NCBI GenBank assembly: GCA_043808785.1
Contig: JAZDEL010000010.1
Span: 180,001-212,000, forward strand
DNA length: 32,000 nt
Reading direction: 5' to 3'
Origin: Candidatus Iainarchaeum sp.
GTDB lineage: Archaea; Iainarchaeota; Iainarchaeia; Iainarchaeales; JAZDEL01
Part shown: piece after piece, positions 30,856-32,000 of the stretch
Numbering within the stretch: position 1 is the stretch's first letter
Layout of the letters: the number at the start of each line of letters is the position of its first letter
Position numbers and translations under genes: made by a program
The notes under the pieces: model-generated
Told to the model about the DNA's origin: nothing
The model's database searches: none
Seen by the model: only the letters and a program-made list of their open reading frames with translations

Positions 30856-32000
30856 TTATTTCTTATATAATTTGTTCACAACTTCCGCCATCAGCCTTAC
30901 TCCCTCTGTTATTTCCTTATCCTCCATTATCAGGCTGAACCTCACGCACTCCCTTGCGTGCTTCCAGCCTTTCCCCGTGCCTGGGAAGAACGGGGAACCG
31001 GGCACTACAATCACGCCCGCTTCCTTGAGGCGCTCGAACAATTGCCAGTCAGAGCAGGGCAAACCCTTGAACCAGACCCACGCAAAGAACGTTCCTTCGG
31101 ATTTGTGCAGGAAATAAGGAATAGTGCCATCAATGTATTTCGAGCACGCGGAGCGGAAAACCTTCTGCTTGCCGTGGTAGTGCTTCTTCACTGCCCCTTT
31201 GCACAGGCGGACCATGCTGCCGTTTGCAAGCATCCTGCGCGCAACCTCCTGCCCGAATATCGGCGGGAACAAACACACATTCGCCTGGAACGCCTTCAGG
31301 GGTTCAATCAGTTCTTTTGCGCCCACAGCAACCCCCACCCTCGCCGCTGCAAGCCCGGCCTTCGAAAAGCTGAACGTTGTAATCACGTTCGGCGCGCTTA
31401 TGTATTTCATGGGCGCATAGCAAACATTGGGCACGGGCGGCGCATAAGCGCAGTCGATTATCACGGGTATTTTTTTCTTTCCCGCCTGCTTCACGATTTC
31501 CCTTACCTCCGAATCGTGCAGGACATTTCCCGAAGGGTTCGAGGGGCGGGAAAAAATAATTAAGCCTACGCCGTCAAGGTTCAGGTGTTCGAAATGCACG
31601 TTATATTTGAACTCGTGCTTCCCCGTAACCGTTATCTTCGGCCTGATGCCGACCAGCGCCTTGTCCCCTACCCCCAGGTGCATGTAACCCGTGTACTCGG
31701 GAACCAGGGGGAAGAGTATTTTTTTTCTCTTGCCCTTCGCCTTCCCCGCTAACGCGTTCGCGGCGTAATAATAAACCATCTGGCTGCCCGGGGTGACAAT
31801 TATATTTTCCTCATTCGCCTTCAGCCCAGTATGCTTCTTCAGGTGCCTCCCGAACTCCTGCATGAACGGCGCGTAACCCCCGGTTGAGCCGTACCTGCAG
31901 AACACAGCGCCGAACTCATCCGAATCAACAACCTTGCGCGCGGTTTTCCTCACTTCCGCAAGCACTTTGGGAATTATCGCGGGGTTTCCCGCGCCGAAAT
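30856..32000 (-). CDS. Class I/II PLP aminotransferase, valine-pyruvate (AvtA)-like; 5' end outside the window
   Basis: SFSKAGL PLP-lysine motif. The frame stays open upstream of the track's GTG (..FGAGNPAIIPKV..), resembling the GGGNPA N-terminal motif of AvtA-type enzymes. It therefore continues beyond 32000. Confidence 0.75.
   Translation of the reverse strand, partial: FGAGNPAIIPKVLAEVRKTARKVVDSDEFGAVFCRYGSTGGYAPFMQEFGRHLKKHTGLKANEENIIVTPGSQMVYYYAANALAGKAKGKRKKILFPLVPEYTGYMHLGVGDKALVGIRPKITVTGKHEFKYNVHFEHLNLDGVGLIIFSRPSNPSGNVLHDSEVREIVKQAGKKKIPVIIDCAYAPPVPNVCYAPMKYISAPNVITTFSFSKAGLAAARVGVAVGAKELIEPLKAFQANVCLFPPIFGQEVARRMLANGSMVRLCKGAVKKHYHGKQKVFRSACSKYIDGTIPYFLHKSEGTFFAWVWFKGLPCSDWQLFERLKEAGVIVVPGSPFFPGTGKGWKHARECVRFSLIMEDKEITEGVRLMAEVVNKLYKK

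Overview
High-GC archaeal chromosomal window. Archaeal signatures: three tRNA genes, two with canonical bulge-helix-bulge (BHB) introns; archaeal-type TyrRS; RibL-like FAD synthase; ThyX; a free-standing archaeal ThrRS editing domain; TATA boxes about 25-30 nt upstream of several starts. There are about 30 protein genes. Housekeeping genes include guaB-thyX, tyrS, cysS, ilvC, transaldolase, an M20 peptidase, an FKBP lipoprotein and two CPA2 antiporters. A small accessory patch sits around tRNA-Leu (VapBC-like pair, class-II Fic, AT-rich orphan). A 1734-aa secreted, C-terminally anchored surface protein carries ten near-identical 77-aa FG-GAP-like repeats. An AT-rich orphan radical-SAM gene is wedged into an aminotransferase-ilvC-transaldolase-tRNA-Trp string. 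The most unusual signal is non-coding: a family of AACTTTT(T)CTT...AAGAAAA(A)GTT palindromic hairpin modules. They build the 129-nt tRNA-Ser intron, supply the helix flanking the BHB of the tRNA-Trp intron, and abut the tRNA-Trp 3' end. They also recur on the opposite strand in an intergenic locus at 4901-4997, with 40/40 nt identity interrupted by a 45-nt nested insertion flanked by an 8-nt duplication. Other oddities: a chain of overlapping leader mini-ORFs that copy the N-terminus of a Kef-type antiporter, an in-frame duplication of the KMSKS loop in TyrRS, and an ORB-like dyad repeat at the left window edge. No rRNA, convincing CRISPR array, transposase or integrase was seen. All protein calls rest on my recognition of motifs in the supplied translations; no database search was run. 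The lineage guess (uncultivated, possibly DPANN-like archaeon) is inference only.
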